Part shown: piece by piece, positions 38,716 to 47,108 of the stretch
Numbering within the stretch: the first letter of the stretch is position 1
How the letters are laid out: each line of letters begins with the position of its first letter
Origin: a candidate division WOR-1 bacterium RIFOXYB2_FULL_37_13
GTDB taxonomy: Bacteria; Margulisbacteria; WOR-1; XYC2-FULL-46-14; XYC2-FULL-37-10
Length of the DNA: 64,000 nucleotides
Assembly: GCA_001771535.1 (NCBI GenBank)
Contig: MEUB01000036.1
Coordinates: forward strand, 842-64,841
Direction of reading: 5' to 3'
Position numbers and translations under genes: made by a program
Notes under the pieces: generated by a model
The model's input: the letters and a program-made list of their open reading frames with translations, nothing else
Told to the model about the DNA's origin: nothing
Databases searched by the model: none

Positions 38716-39342
38716 ATGAAAAAGCTGATTTTGTTTGTATTGCTATTTTGTTTTTCTTCCGCATGTATTGCTATTACTCCTGCTGACACGCAATATGCAA
38801 ATGAATTAAAATATAAGCGAAATAAGATAGAAATTCTCGTAAAAAAGAGATTTGTTAAAGAGGACTCAGGGTATTCGTCAACTAATTATTCCGCAACAAC
38901 CTACACGCAGGAAGCATATTCGACCACCTGGGGTTATGGGGCGACAACATCAAATCAACGGTCAGAAGTAAAAGAGATAGAAGACTGGATTATAGTTAAA
39001 GGAGGTATTCGAAATCTTTCAGACGATGAATTCCTCTCTATTATAGGAAAACCACGGGAAGCCATTGAAATAAAAGAAAAAGAAGAACACAAAGGAAGAA
39101 TCAGGCTGGCAGGCAATGTTATAAGCTTATTGGGCATAGGATATATGCTGATGGCCGCCGGAACCGGAAATTCTTCGGCATCAATTTCCGCAGGAGGAGT
39201 TGTTACAGCTATTGGTTTTTTAATCAGCGCGTTTAATTCTTCCCAAAAACATTATTTAAATCCTGACTATGCTCAGGAAGAAGCAGATAATTACAATATT
39301 AACCTTAAAAAAGAGCTCAATCTGCCTATCAACTTCGAATAG
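38716..39342 (+). CDS. Putative lipoprotein with a C-terminal hydrophobic region
   Basis: MKKLILFVLLFCFSSAC lipobox-like signal; C-terminal glycine-rich TM segments. Confidence 0.55.
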   Translation: MKKLILFVLLFCFSSACIAITPADTQYANELKYKRNKIEILVKKRFVKEDSGYSSTNYSATTYTQEAYSTTWGYGATTSNQRSEVKEIEDWIIVKGGIRNLSDDEFLSIIGKPREAIEIKEKEEHKGRIRLAGNVISLLGIGYMLMAAGTGNSSASISAGGVVTAIGFLISAFNSSQKHYLNPDYAQEEADNYNINLKKELNLPINFE

Positions 39343-39346
39343 TTAA

Positions 39347-39742
39347 CTATTTGCAAAAGGAACACCACGGTAAAAATTTGGGTTCTTCAAAATAATCCAA
39401 TAACGGATAATTCCTGCAAATAGGCGGCCTTAAAAAATAATTCTTACACTTTCCGTCTTCCCCTCTGTGACTGCAGGAAAATGCCAAATAGTTTCTTTCA
39501 TAATCAACATACAAGAGATAAAAACCGTAGAGCCAGGAAATCCAACGGATTGCGATATTTCTAAAAAACGGATTATTTATCTGCCTGTTTGTCCCGCGAA
39601 GAAGTATTTCTTCACAGCATTTGCCGCACTGTTTGCAATTTCCCCTTATTTTATAACGAGTCGGAAATAACCGCTTGAAACCTTGGACAATAAAATTATC
39701 CAAAAGCATAAATGAAATAATAATACGTTTTAGAATAACCAC
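39347..39742 (-). CDS. YkgJ-family (UPF0153) cysteine-cluster protein
   Basis: CKQCGKCCE motif plus a downstream C-rich segment (CSHRGEDGKCKNY...CRNYP). Confidence 0.7.
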   Translation of the reverse strand: MVILKRIIISFMLLDNFIVQGFKRLFPTRYKIRGNCKQCGKCCEEILLRGTNRQINNPFFRNIAIRWISWLYGFYLLYVDYERNYLAFSCSHRGEDGKCKNYFLRPPICRNYPLLDYFEEPKFLPWCSFCK

Positions 39743-39803
39743 AATTTATATGGTAGCAGGTACAAGCAGGAAAGTGCAAGAAATTCTGATATAATTATAA
39801 ATA

Positions 39804-40346
39804 ATGATAAATTTTTTAAAATCTTTATTCAGGAAAAAGCAAACTCCCAAAAGAATAGAAATTGACGATAGCGGGTCAGGAGCCCTTTATGGAGGGGTTA
39901 TAATTCTTGTTACAGACGGAAAAAATGATTTTTATCGGGAAATTCCTTTAAAAATCTTCAATATAAAAGATAAAAAGAAAAGGTCTGCCTCTGTCCAAAA
40001 AAATATATACAAAATCATCAGAAAAGGTATTAGAAAATTAAACGCGAAAAAAGAGGCAACTGAAATCTTTATCTGTCAGGGTAATGTATTTGATTTTGCT
40101 GAAAAAGAGCTGAAAAAACAAAAATACATTATCAAAAGAGGCCAAATAAAAGGAAGAACAAATGACCTTGCGGAAGAAATTTTCCATAAACTCCTCAAAG
40201 AAAAATACAACATAAAAACTTATAACCATAAAGATTATAAAGGTGAAAATTTGCGGCAGTACGCTACCTTAAAAAACCGAAGAGATTTTAAAAACGTCAA
40301 GCAAAGCGCTAGAGGCGTAAAAGAGATTGAGACCTTCGGGGAATAA
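39804..40346 (+). CDS. Hypothetical basic protein (180 aa)
   Basis: ORF. The IEIDDSGSGALYGGVII segment loosely resembles the RNase HII GIDEAGRGPLAGPVV motif (weak). Confidence 0.4.
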   Translation: MINFLKSLFRKKQTPKRIEIDDSGSGALYGGVIILVTDGKNDFYREIPLKIFNIKDKKKRSASVQKNIYKIIRKGIRKLNAKKEATEIFICQGNVFDFAEKELKKQKYIIKRGQIKGRTNDLAEEIFHKLLKEKYNIKTYNHKDYKGENLRQYATLKNRRDFKNVKQSARGVKEIETFGE

Positions 40347-40424
40347 TTTTCGAAATTTTAGGTGGCATAATAATTGTAGCTATTATATAATAGCTCAAAG
40401 TAAATTTATACTTTTTAAATTATA

Positions 40425-41642
40425 ATGAAAATTTTATTTATCTCAAATTATTTGTATTTAGACGGTCCTCCGATAGCCCTTTTCCGAATAGTGCGAGAAC
40501 TTGCTAAAATAAGCGGCCTTGAAATAGCCGTATTATCTTACCTTGATGGTTCCATAAAGAAATGGTATGAAAATATAGGGATAAGCCCAATAATTGCGAA
40601 CTGTTATGAGCCGATAATAGAGAATATAAACTCGCTTGTAAAAACAATAAAAGAAGAAAAGCCTGATCTTGTCGTTTCAAATATGCTGGACACGATTAAC
40701 GGATGCTTTGCAGCAAACATTTGCAATCTCCCTTCTGTTTTATATGTTCATGAAGATTGGCCGGCAATTAATTTTTCCACTCTGCATCTGTTTGCATATA
40801 AATTGTCAGACCTAATAGTTTTTCCGTCAAAATACCAGCTGGACGTATACAAACCACTTCTTGACGGGGTAAAAACAAAAGTAATAACAAACGGAATTCC
40901 ATTATCTGAGTTCAGTGCAGCTTCAATAAAACAATCGAAAGAAGAGATAAAAAATAAATACAAACTCCCACTTGATAAAAAAATCGTTTCAACAATAGGG
41001 CTTGTATGCAACCGCAAACGGCAGGATCTTTTTATTTTTGCCGCGCATGAAATCTTAAAATTACGGGATGACATCATCTTTCTTATTGTTGGCAGATACC
41101 ATGAAGATGATAATTATTACAAACTATTAAAAAAATACGTGCAAACAGGGGGGCTGGAAAATAAAATCATATTTGCAGGCGAAAAAGAAGCTATAGGAGA
41201 AATTTACCATATATCCGATTTAATTGCCCACCCTACAAGCAATGATGTCTCCCCTCTTGCAATATCAGAAGCACTTGCTTTCAAAAAGCCTGTCATTGCA
41301 ACTTCGATAGATGGGATTCCTGAACTCATAGAAAACGGACAAAACGGGCTTTTAATTGAACAAAACAATTCCCAACAATTAAAAGAAGGCATCATAAAAA
41401 TTATCGACAATTATCTTTTTTTTCAAAATAATCTGGAAAGAACGCATAAAGAAATACAAAACATAACAACAGCTTCTTCCGATTTTTTTGATGTGATTAA
41501 AAATCTGAAATTCAAAAAGAAAGAGTTTGATGTCAAAATGCTGAAAGATGAAATAGAATTTACAGTTAAAAAAGGCTTTTCATTAAAATTCAAAGAGATT
41601 ACCCCGCTGATAGTCAGAAAACCGGCTTCAAAATTCAAATAA
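40425..41642 (+). CDS. Glycosyltransferase, GT4 (GT-B, Glycos_transf_1) family
   Basis: MKILFISNY N-terminus and C-terminal E-x7-E-like region (SPLAISEALAFKKPVIATSIDGIPELIENGQNGLL). Confidence 0.8.
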   Translation: MKILFISNYLYLDGPPIALFRIVRELAKISGLEIAVLSYLDGSIKKWYENIGISPIIANCYEPIIENINSLVKTIKEEKPDLVVSNMLDTINGCFAANICNLPSVLYVHEDWPAINFSTLHLFAYKLSDLIVFPSKYQLDVYKPLLDGVKTKVITNGIPLSEFSAASIKQSKEEIKNKYKLPLDKKIVSTIGLVCNRKRQDLFIFAAHEILKLRDDIIFLIVGRYHEDDNYYKLLKKYVQTGGLENKIIFAGEKEAIGEIYHISDLIAHPTSNDVSPLAISEALAFKKPVIATSIDGIPELIENGQNGLLIEQNNSQQLKEGIIKIIDNYLFFQNNLERTHKEIQNITTASSDFFDVIKNLKFKKKEFDVKMLKDEIEFTVKKGFSLKFKEITPLIVRKPASKFK

Positions 41643-41654
41643 GCATACCCTGCT

Positions 41655-42749
41655 TTATTTTGAAAGCGCTTCAATTATCTTATCTATGCGATGCCCGCAT
41701 GTATGGCGCGAAAGGACTTTCTTTTGAGCGGCAGATGATATAGTTTGCCTTTCTTTATCGTGTTCCATATAAAAAGCTATCTTTTCTTTTAAATCCTGAG
41801 GTCCTGAAAAAGTAACAATCTCTTTTCCAATCTCAAATAAATCACCAAGATCAGGCCTTAAGTCATCAACCAATTGAAAAGCCCCCAAGCCTCCAAGGAT
41901 AAAAGTCCTGTCATTGGGTGATTTAGCCATAATTTTGTTATTATTGCGATCCATATTGTGGCTAAAGCTGTCACGATGTATATTAAGATTTATTTTTGAT
42001 GCCAATTGATACTTTACGCTTTCTTCATAAGGAACAAACTCTTCTTTTATAAAGCTTTTCAACGTTTCATAATTGCTTAAAGCCCCCTGCCAAGAATCAG
42101 AAAGAACATGCGACCCCAGAAGCTTAACTTTATAGTTTTTTAAAAAACCAGAAAGCTCATCAATTACTTTAACCCTGTAAGAATTTTTAAACGGTGTGCC
42201 GACAAAACAAATATCGCTTTCATAGCTTTTTTCTTTTTGAAAGTTCTCAAATTTTGAAGGAAACGCCAATGGCAAAAAGAAAACATTTTTACACCCATTT
42301 TCCTGATATATAGGAACTGCAGCAGAATCAACCGTAAAAATAAACTCACAAATAGGAGCCATCTCCACGCTCAAATCAGTCCAATATGGGTCGTCAATCT
42401 GCCACATAACCATTTTTCTGCCCAAATCTTTTATTATTTTCAAAACAACCCTGTTTAAATGATGCCCATTCATAAAAAATATAAAATTAGACTTTGAAGA
42501 ATATATCTTTTGAGGGATAAGGGCAGAAGCATATTCTCTTGCAATTTTTATTAACTGATTTAAAGGAGTATCCTTAAATGAGGATTGTAAAAGCTGCCTA
42601 AAAACCAGAGTCTGTTTTGCAAAATCAAAAACTTCAACTTTAATCCCTTTCTCCAAAAAGGCAGCATAAATTACTTCATCCCAAAACTTTTCAACAGGGG
42701 TAATGCCATGCTTTATATAAAAAATTTCCATTTGTGGAGATTCTATCAT
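41655..42749 (-). CDS. CgeB-like glycosyltransferase (Glyco_trans_1_2-type C-terminal domain)
   Basis: C-terminal NDRTFILGGLGAFQLVDD...FSGPQDLKEKIAFYMEHDKERQTISSAAQKKVLSRHTCGHRIDKI resembles CgeB-family proteins. Start uncertain (42758 TTG, 42749 or a downstream ATG). Confidence 0.5.
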   Translation of the reverse strand: MIESPQMEIFYIKHGITPVEKFWDEVIYAAFLEKGIKVEVFDFAKQTLVFRQLLQSSFKDTPLNQLIKIAREYASALIPQKIYSSKSNFIFFMNGHHLNRVVLKIIKDLGRKMVMWQIDDPYWTDLSVEMAPICEFIFTVDSAAVPIYQENGCKNVFFLPLAFPSKFENFQKEKSYESDICFVGTPFKNSYRVKVIDELSGFLKNYKVKLLGSHVLSDSWQGALSNYETLKSFIKEEFVPYEESVKYQLASKINLNIHRDSFSHNMDRNNNKIMAKSPNDRTFILGGLGAFQLVDDLRPDLGDLFEIGKEIVTFSGPQDLKEKIAFYMEHDKERQTISSAAQKKVLSRHTCGHRIDKIIEALSK

Positions 42750-42758
42750 AAGAATCAA

Positions 42759-43154
42759 TTAAACAACAACACCATTTCCTGATGTATCAGGATTAATCAA
42801 TTGACTGCGCATTTGTTTTGCCTTTGATGAAATATTTTCCAACGCGATTAACATTTTATCTATTTCTTTTTTAACAGCGGGATCCGACGAATCCTGTTTT
42901 ATTGTTCGAAGGACACAAATCGCATCTTCTAAATTATTTCCATCCTTAGAACCAGTTAAAAGAGCAACAGCATTTCTTATTTTTTTAGCAATTTCCTTTA
43001 ATTTTTGCTGATTTTCCAGTTTTGCTTCCCCTGTTTCTTTTAAAATCTGAGCCAAAATTTCGTGAAGATCGCGCAATATTTTATTTACCGCCTCGTTGGG
43101 GTCGTTTTTTTCAAAGGCAACCGCAATGTTATTAAGTGACGAAGGATTTATCAT
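42759..43154 (-). CDS. Cluster ORFan, all-helical 131 aa (N-terminus MINPSS)
   Basis: GGGAG RBS 9 nt before ATG 43154. No signal peptide. No family recognised. Confidence 0.55.
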   Translation of the reverse strand: MINPSSLNNIAVAFEKNDPNEAVNKILRDLHEILAQILKETGEAKLENQQKLKEIAKKIRNAVALLTGSKDGNNLEDAICVLRTIKQDSSDPAVKKEIDKMLIALENISSKAKQMRSQLINPDTSGNGVVV

Positions 43155-43187
43155 TTTACTCATCTCCCTTTGTAATCTCAAACATTA

Positions 43188-44807
43188 TTAAACCGCTTCT
43201 CTTATGTCCTGTGGTCCTCCCGGAATCTGAGAATCAAGATGCGATTCGACTTTCAAGCGTTTCATTAGTTTTAAAATTAAAGACAATCTCTTTTCCAAGT
43301 TTGGATTTTGTGCCCCTTTCACCCTATATTCCAAAGACAAAAACTCATCTTTTGCCGCGTCAAATACTTTAATATTGGCAGAGTCGCGCAAACTATTGAA
43401 TTCTGTTTCATCTATTTCCCAACCCAAACGTTTAAGGTTGCTTAAAATACCTTTAATTTTCTGTTCAACCAGCTTAAATGCCGGCCCGGCCAATTCGTAA
43501 AGAGTTCCTCTTTCTTCCAGCGCGGACGAAAGCATGTCAACCAATCTGAGCCTTGCGGCGGCTATCCCCTCTTTTTCTATATCTTTAAATTCATCGCTTG
43601 AAACACCAAGCTTAATTAATCCGTTCTTTAATTTTGTAACTTTAAAATAGGTCGAAAGAACAGTTGCCATATCTCCGGAAATAGCGCGATGCATGTAAAT
43701 GGCCCGTAATCTGTTTATAAAAAGATCTTTTTCGTCTTCTTTTGAAAACTCATAGGGATTCTTTTTGTTTTTTGACTGTGATCCTAAATCCATATCCCCG
43801 GTTCCTAATGGGATATTGGGCGCAAACATACCGATATCAAATTTCTTTACCTGCCAGTCCTGAGAAAATTCGTTTAAATTAACTCCTACCTTTGTAGCAA
43901 GCTTAAGAAGTTCTTTTAATTCATTTGTAATTTTCTTGTCTGTTTCGGCATCGGCAGCCAAATGTTTGCCAATTAACTTTTCTGCCATCTTCTCTTTGGT
44001 GAAATCTTTAAGGTCAGAAAGCATCTCTTTCTTAATTTCGTCCGCGACCCCTTGCAAAGATTCATTGTCATGCAAGCCGGAAAGCAAGGCAGAATCCAAT
44101 ACAGTGTTTAAAGTTTTGTCTCTGATTATAAGGCCAACACTCTTTTCTTTTGTCAATATCTTTTTAAAAAAAGCGTCCTTTATCTGTTCTCTGACATCCT
44201 GGCGCATGGAATTTTTTACAGTTGTTCTTATGGAAATAAGGTCTTTATTGGTAAATCCTTTTTCGCTGAGCAATTTCTCCAAAGTTTCAAGCTTCTTCTT
44301 AATATCCTGTGAATCATTTACGGCGTATTGGGAATAAAGGGCGGCATATTCTTTGACTGCTTCCTGTGTCTTTGCATCAACTGTAATTTTTAATGCCTGG
44401 TCCTGTCCTTTTTGTCCCTTGCCTCCCTGCTGTTTCTTTTGCTCCCCTGCCTTGCCGACAACATTATTTAATTCTACAAAATCATCAAACTTTTCATCTC
44501 CACGGAACAACTGGCTAAGTTCGTCCTCAAGCTCTCCTTTTGTCTTATCAGATAAACGGTCAGGCTTAAGAGAAACACCGGCTGTTGCCAGTTTTGTAGC
44601 CAATCCGGCCAAGATGTCGAGTCCGGCCTTGCTTGCCGTAACCCCGCTTTGAAGGAGTTTGTCGACATCTGATTTCGCCTCAACTTTTCGAGTTGGAAAA
44701 TCAGATGCCGTTTTTTTATCTATCTGTTTAAGTTCAACAGACAAACTATTGCTCAACGCGACAGCCATTTGCTGCGAAGACGCGTTATCTACAATGTTAA
44801 CTCCCAT
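43188..44807 (-). CDS. Cluster ORFan, 539 aa, K/E-rich helical with a Q/G/K low-complexity tract
   Basis: Long ORF with an RBS. No signal peptide or TM helix. GEQKKQQGGKGQKGQDQ tract. Confidence 0.6.
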   Translation of the reverse strand: MGVNIVDNASSQQMAVALSNSLSVELKQIDKKTASDFPTRKVEAKSDVDKLLQSGVTASKAGLDILAGLATKLATAGVSLKPDRLSDKTKGELEDELSQLFRGDEKFDDFVELNNVVGKAGEQKKQQGGKGQKGQDQALKITVDAKTQEAVKEYAALYSQYAVNDSQDIKKKLETLEKLLSEKGFTNKDLISIRTTVKNSMRQDVREQIKDAFFKKILTKEKSVGLIIRDKTLNTVLDSALLSGLHDNESLQGVADEIKKEMLSDLKDFTKEKMAEKLIGKHLAADAETDKKITNELKELLKLATKVGVNLNEFSQDWQVKKFDIGMFAPNIPLGTGDMDLGSQSKNKKNPYEFSKEDEKDLFINRLRAIYMHRAISGDMATVLSTYFKVTKLKNGLIKLGVSSDEFKDIEKEGIAAARLRLVDMLSSALEERGTLYELAGPAFKLVEQKIKGILSNLKRLGWEIDETEFNSLRDSANIKVFDAAKDEFLSLEYRVKGAQNPNLEKRLSLILKLMKRLKVESHLDSQIPGGPQDIREAV

Positions 44808-44819
44808 CTTATTTTCACC

Positions 44820-44996
44820 CTATCCTTTTTTCTTGCCTTCCTCTCCCCAAATGATTTTATTGACCGAGTTTGATTTTAGTTTTTCTGTAAGCCTTGCCAT
44901 CACCACGTTTGACCACTGATTCTGCTGGGCTTTGGAAAGTTTTTCATCAGTAGGTTTCACAGAATCCGAAAGTTTAGGATTATAAGTGCTCGCCAT
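44820..44996 (-). CDS. Cluster ORFan, 58 aa (MASTYNPKLSD...)
   Basis: AAGGAGG RBS 8 nt before ATG 44996. Overlaps the 3-prime end of the GT2-TPR gene by 17 nt. Confidence 0.5.
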   Translation of the reverse strand: MASTYNPKLSDSVKPTDEKLSKAQQNQWSNVVMARLTEKLKSNSVNKIIWGEEGKKKG

Positions 44997-46086
44997 TTGA
45001 ATCAACCTCCTTTTTTAATTGTTCAATCCTAGCCTTTAATTTTGGATCAGGATAAAAATCGTAAGCAATTGTAAATTCCCTCAATGCGTCTTGTTTTTTT
45101 TGACCCATTAAATATGCGCTACCAAGATAAAAATGCGGAAAATAAGTATAATCTTTGATATTAAAACCGTTTAAAGCATTTTTGGGCGGGGATAATTTAC
45201 TTGCGTGCTCAAAAACATGGATAGCATCTTTGGTCTGTTTTGTGAACAGGTAAATAACACCCATCATGTTATAAGCCTCGGCATTAAACGGCTCCAACGC
45301 GATAACTTCTTTTAAGGTTTCAAAAGCTTGCGCGTATTTGCTCTGTTCCATAAGCATCTTTGACATCCTCATCCTTGAGACAACCGAGATAGGATCTTTG
45401 GGCGCAATTGAGACAACCGTAGAATATTCAGAAAACGCGGTTGTCTTGTCTCCAACGTCAAAATAGTTATTTGCCAAAAGGAAGTGGCAATGAAAATCAT
45501 TTTGGTCTTTTTGCAAAGCCTCTTTTAGTATCCGGAAATTTCTCTCCTTCTTTTCCTTTGCCTTCTCCTCACCCAAATCCTTCCCCCAATGAAAAACTTT
45601 AATATCTTGCAAAAATTCCCCTTTGAGCAATTCTCCCGAGGCAGCATAAACCTGCTCATTAAAAGAACGCCCAAAATGAATTCCTTTATTATTTTTAAAA
45701 ACTTTCAGCCTTGAATAAAATCTGGAGCCTTCCTCTGTTCCGAATTGAGCCTGATATATAGGCAAATAATATGCCTCTTTGTCACTCTTCTCTAAAATCT
45801 GGCGAAGCGTATCAAGCGTTTTCTCATTTATAAACTCATCAGCGTCTACCCATATAATCCAATCACCCAAAGCGTGTTTGAGCGATTCATTTCTAGCCGC
45901 CGAAAAATCATCGATCCAAGAAAAAGTATGAATTTTCGCCCCCAGTTTTTTGGCGATTTCAATTGTATTGTCCGTTGATCCGGTATCAACCAAAACAATT
46001 TCATCAACTTTTTTTGCAAGAAGAGGCAAAGTTTTTTCAAGAACTTTTTCTTCGTTTTTTACTATCATACAAACTGAGAGTTTCAT
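44980..46086 (-). CDS. Family-2 glycosyltransferase fused to C-terminal TPR repeats
   Basis: LSVCMIVKNEEKVLEKTL, VDTGSTDNT, WVDADE (DxD) GT2 motifs. The C-terminal about 170 aa has TPR-like repeats. Confidence 0.8.
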   Translation of the reverse strand: MKLSVCMIVKNEEKVLEKTLPLLAKKVDEIVLVDTGSTDNTIEIAKKLGAKIHTFSWIDDFSAARNESLKHALGDWIIWVDADEFINEKTLDTLRQILEKSDKEAYYLPIYQAQFGTEEGSRFYSRLKVFKNNKGIHFGRSFNEQVYAASGELLKGEFLQDIKVFHWGKDLGEEKAKEKKERNFRILKEALQKDQNDFHCHFLLANNYFDVGDKTTAFSEYSTVVSIAPKDPISVVSRMRMSKMLMEQSKYAQAFETLKEVIALEPFNAEAYNMMGVIYLFTKQTKDAIHVFEHASKLSPPKNALNGFNIKDYTYFPHFYLGSAYLMGQKKQDALREFTIAYDFYPDPKLKARIEQLKKEVDSNGEHL

Positions 46087-46476
46087 TTAATTTTCTCCTA
46101 CAGAAACCGATATTCTACTCTTAGTCAAAAATTTTTCTATTTTCTCCTTTTCTTCATTCTGAGTCTTAAAAACTTTCCCAAAATATTTCTTGTACATATC
46201 AAGCAGCCTTTCAGCCCGCTTTATATATATTTCAAGTTTTTCAAGTTTTATCAAAACTTCTTTTTTATCTGTCCCCAATACTTGCATCTCATATTCAATA
46301 TTTGACCTTTCAGAATAAAAAGATAAAAGATGATTCTTTAACGCGTCATATTCCATCTCTTTTATTTTTATCGGATTATAATCATCTTTCACTCCCAGCT
46401 TGTCGGCTTGGATCAAAAGCTGATTTTCAAGCTCTTGAAAAACTCTCATTTGAGCTTTTATTTTTTTACTGCTCAT
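46087..46476 (-). CDS. Cluster ORFan, 129-aa coiled-coil protein
   Basis: Heptad-rich K/E sequence. The stop abuts the GT2-TPR start, and the start overlaps the upstream gene by 4 nt. Confidence 0.55.
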   Translation of the reverse strand: MSSKKIKAQMRVFQELENQLLIQADKLGVKDDYNPIKIKEMEYDALKNHLLSFYSERSNIEYEMQVLGTDKKEVLIKLEKLEIYIKRAERLLDMYKKYFGKVFKTQNEEKEKIEKFLTKSRISVSVGEN

Positions 46477-47024
46477 ACAATTTTTGCCCCCGTAACAATC
46501 CCAAACAATGCCTTTTCACTTGCGACCTGTGCCAGGCCATTTTTAACAGCAATATTTTTTTCTTCTCTTGCTTTTGACATTAATTTTTCTATTTCAGCAG
46601 GGCTTATGCCAAGCAATCCCATTTGAAAAGTAATTACCCCAACCCCCATTTTAGAAAGTTCGGCCACAAAAAAATTATGGCTGAAAGTATCCATTGCAAG
46701 CTTAACCATCTTATTTTTAAGAACCTGCAAAGTTTTATCCCTGAATCTCAAATTATTATTTTTTGATAACGATTCAACTTCATCTTCTGCCAAAGCCGAA
46801 GATGCGGCGGCAAGATAGACGGTATCCTGCATTCCGACTTTATAAGTTTTGCTTCCATCTTTTCCCTCAACTGTTTCCCACACTAAAGAGGACATTTGTT
46901 GTGTCCCTTCGTTCTGTTTTTCTTTGGGAACTTCTTCTTTTAATTTTTGGTATGCGGCTTTTTGCGCCGAGAACATTTTGTCCTGGCTTAAATTAGCCGC
47001 AATTGTTGGCGCTTCATATGCCAT
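46473..47024 (-). CDS. Cluster ORFan, 183 aa
   Basis: GGGGAAGG RBS. First gene after promoter P4. No family recognised. Confidence 0.55.
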   Translation of the reverse strand: MAYEAPTIAANLSQDKMFSAQKAAYQKLKEEVPKEKQNEGTQQMSSLVWETVEGKDGSKTYKVGMQDTVYLAAASSALAEDEVESLSKNNNLRFRDKTLQVLKNKMVKLAMDTFSHNFFVAELSKMGVGVITFQMGLLGISPAEIEKLMSKAREEKNIAVKNGLAQVASEKALFGIVTGAKIV

Positions 47025-47047
47025 AAATTATACCTTCCCCTATGTAT

Positions 47048-47075
47048 AAATCGTATTAAATAGGGAAAAACTTGC
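47048..47075 (-). promoter_or_regulatory. Sigma-28-like promoter P4
   Basis: Minus strand GCAAGTTT-TTCCCTATTTAA-TACGATTT. The -10 element ends 23 nt before ATG 47024. Confidence 0.55.
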
Positions 47076-47108
47076 ATTTAAACTAAGAAATAAAAAGAGG
47101 ATTAACCT

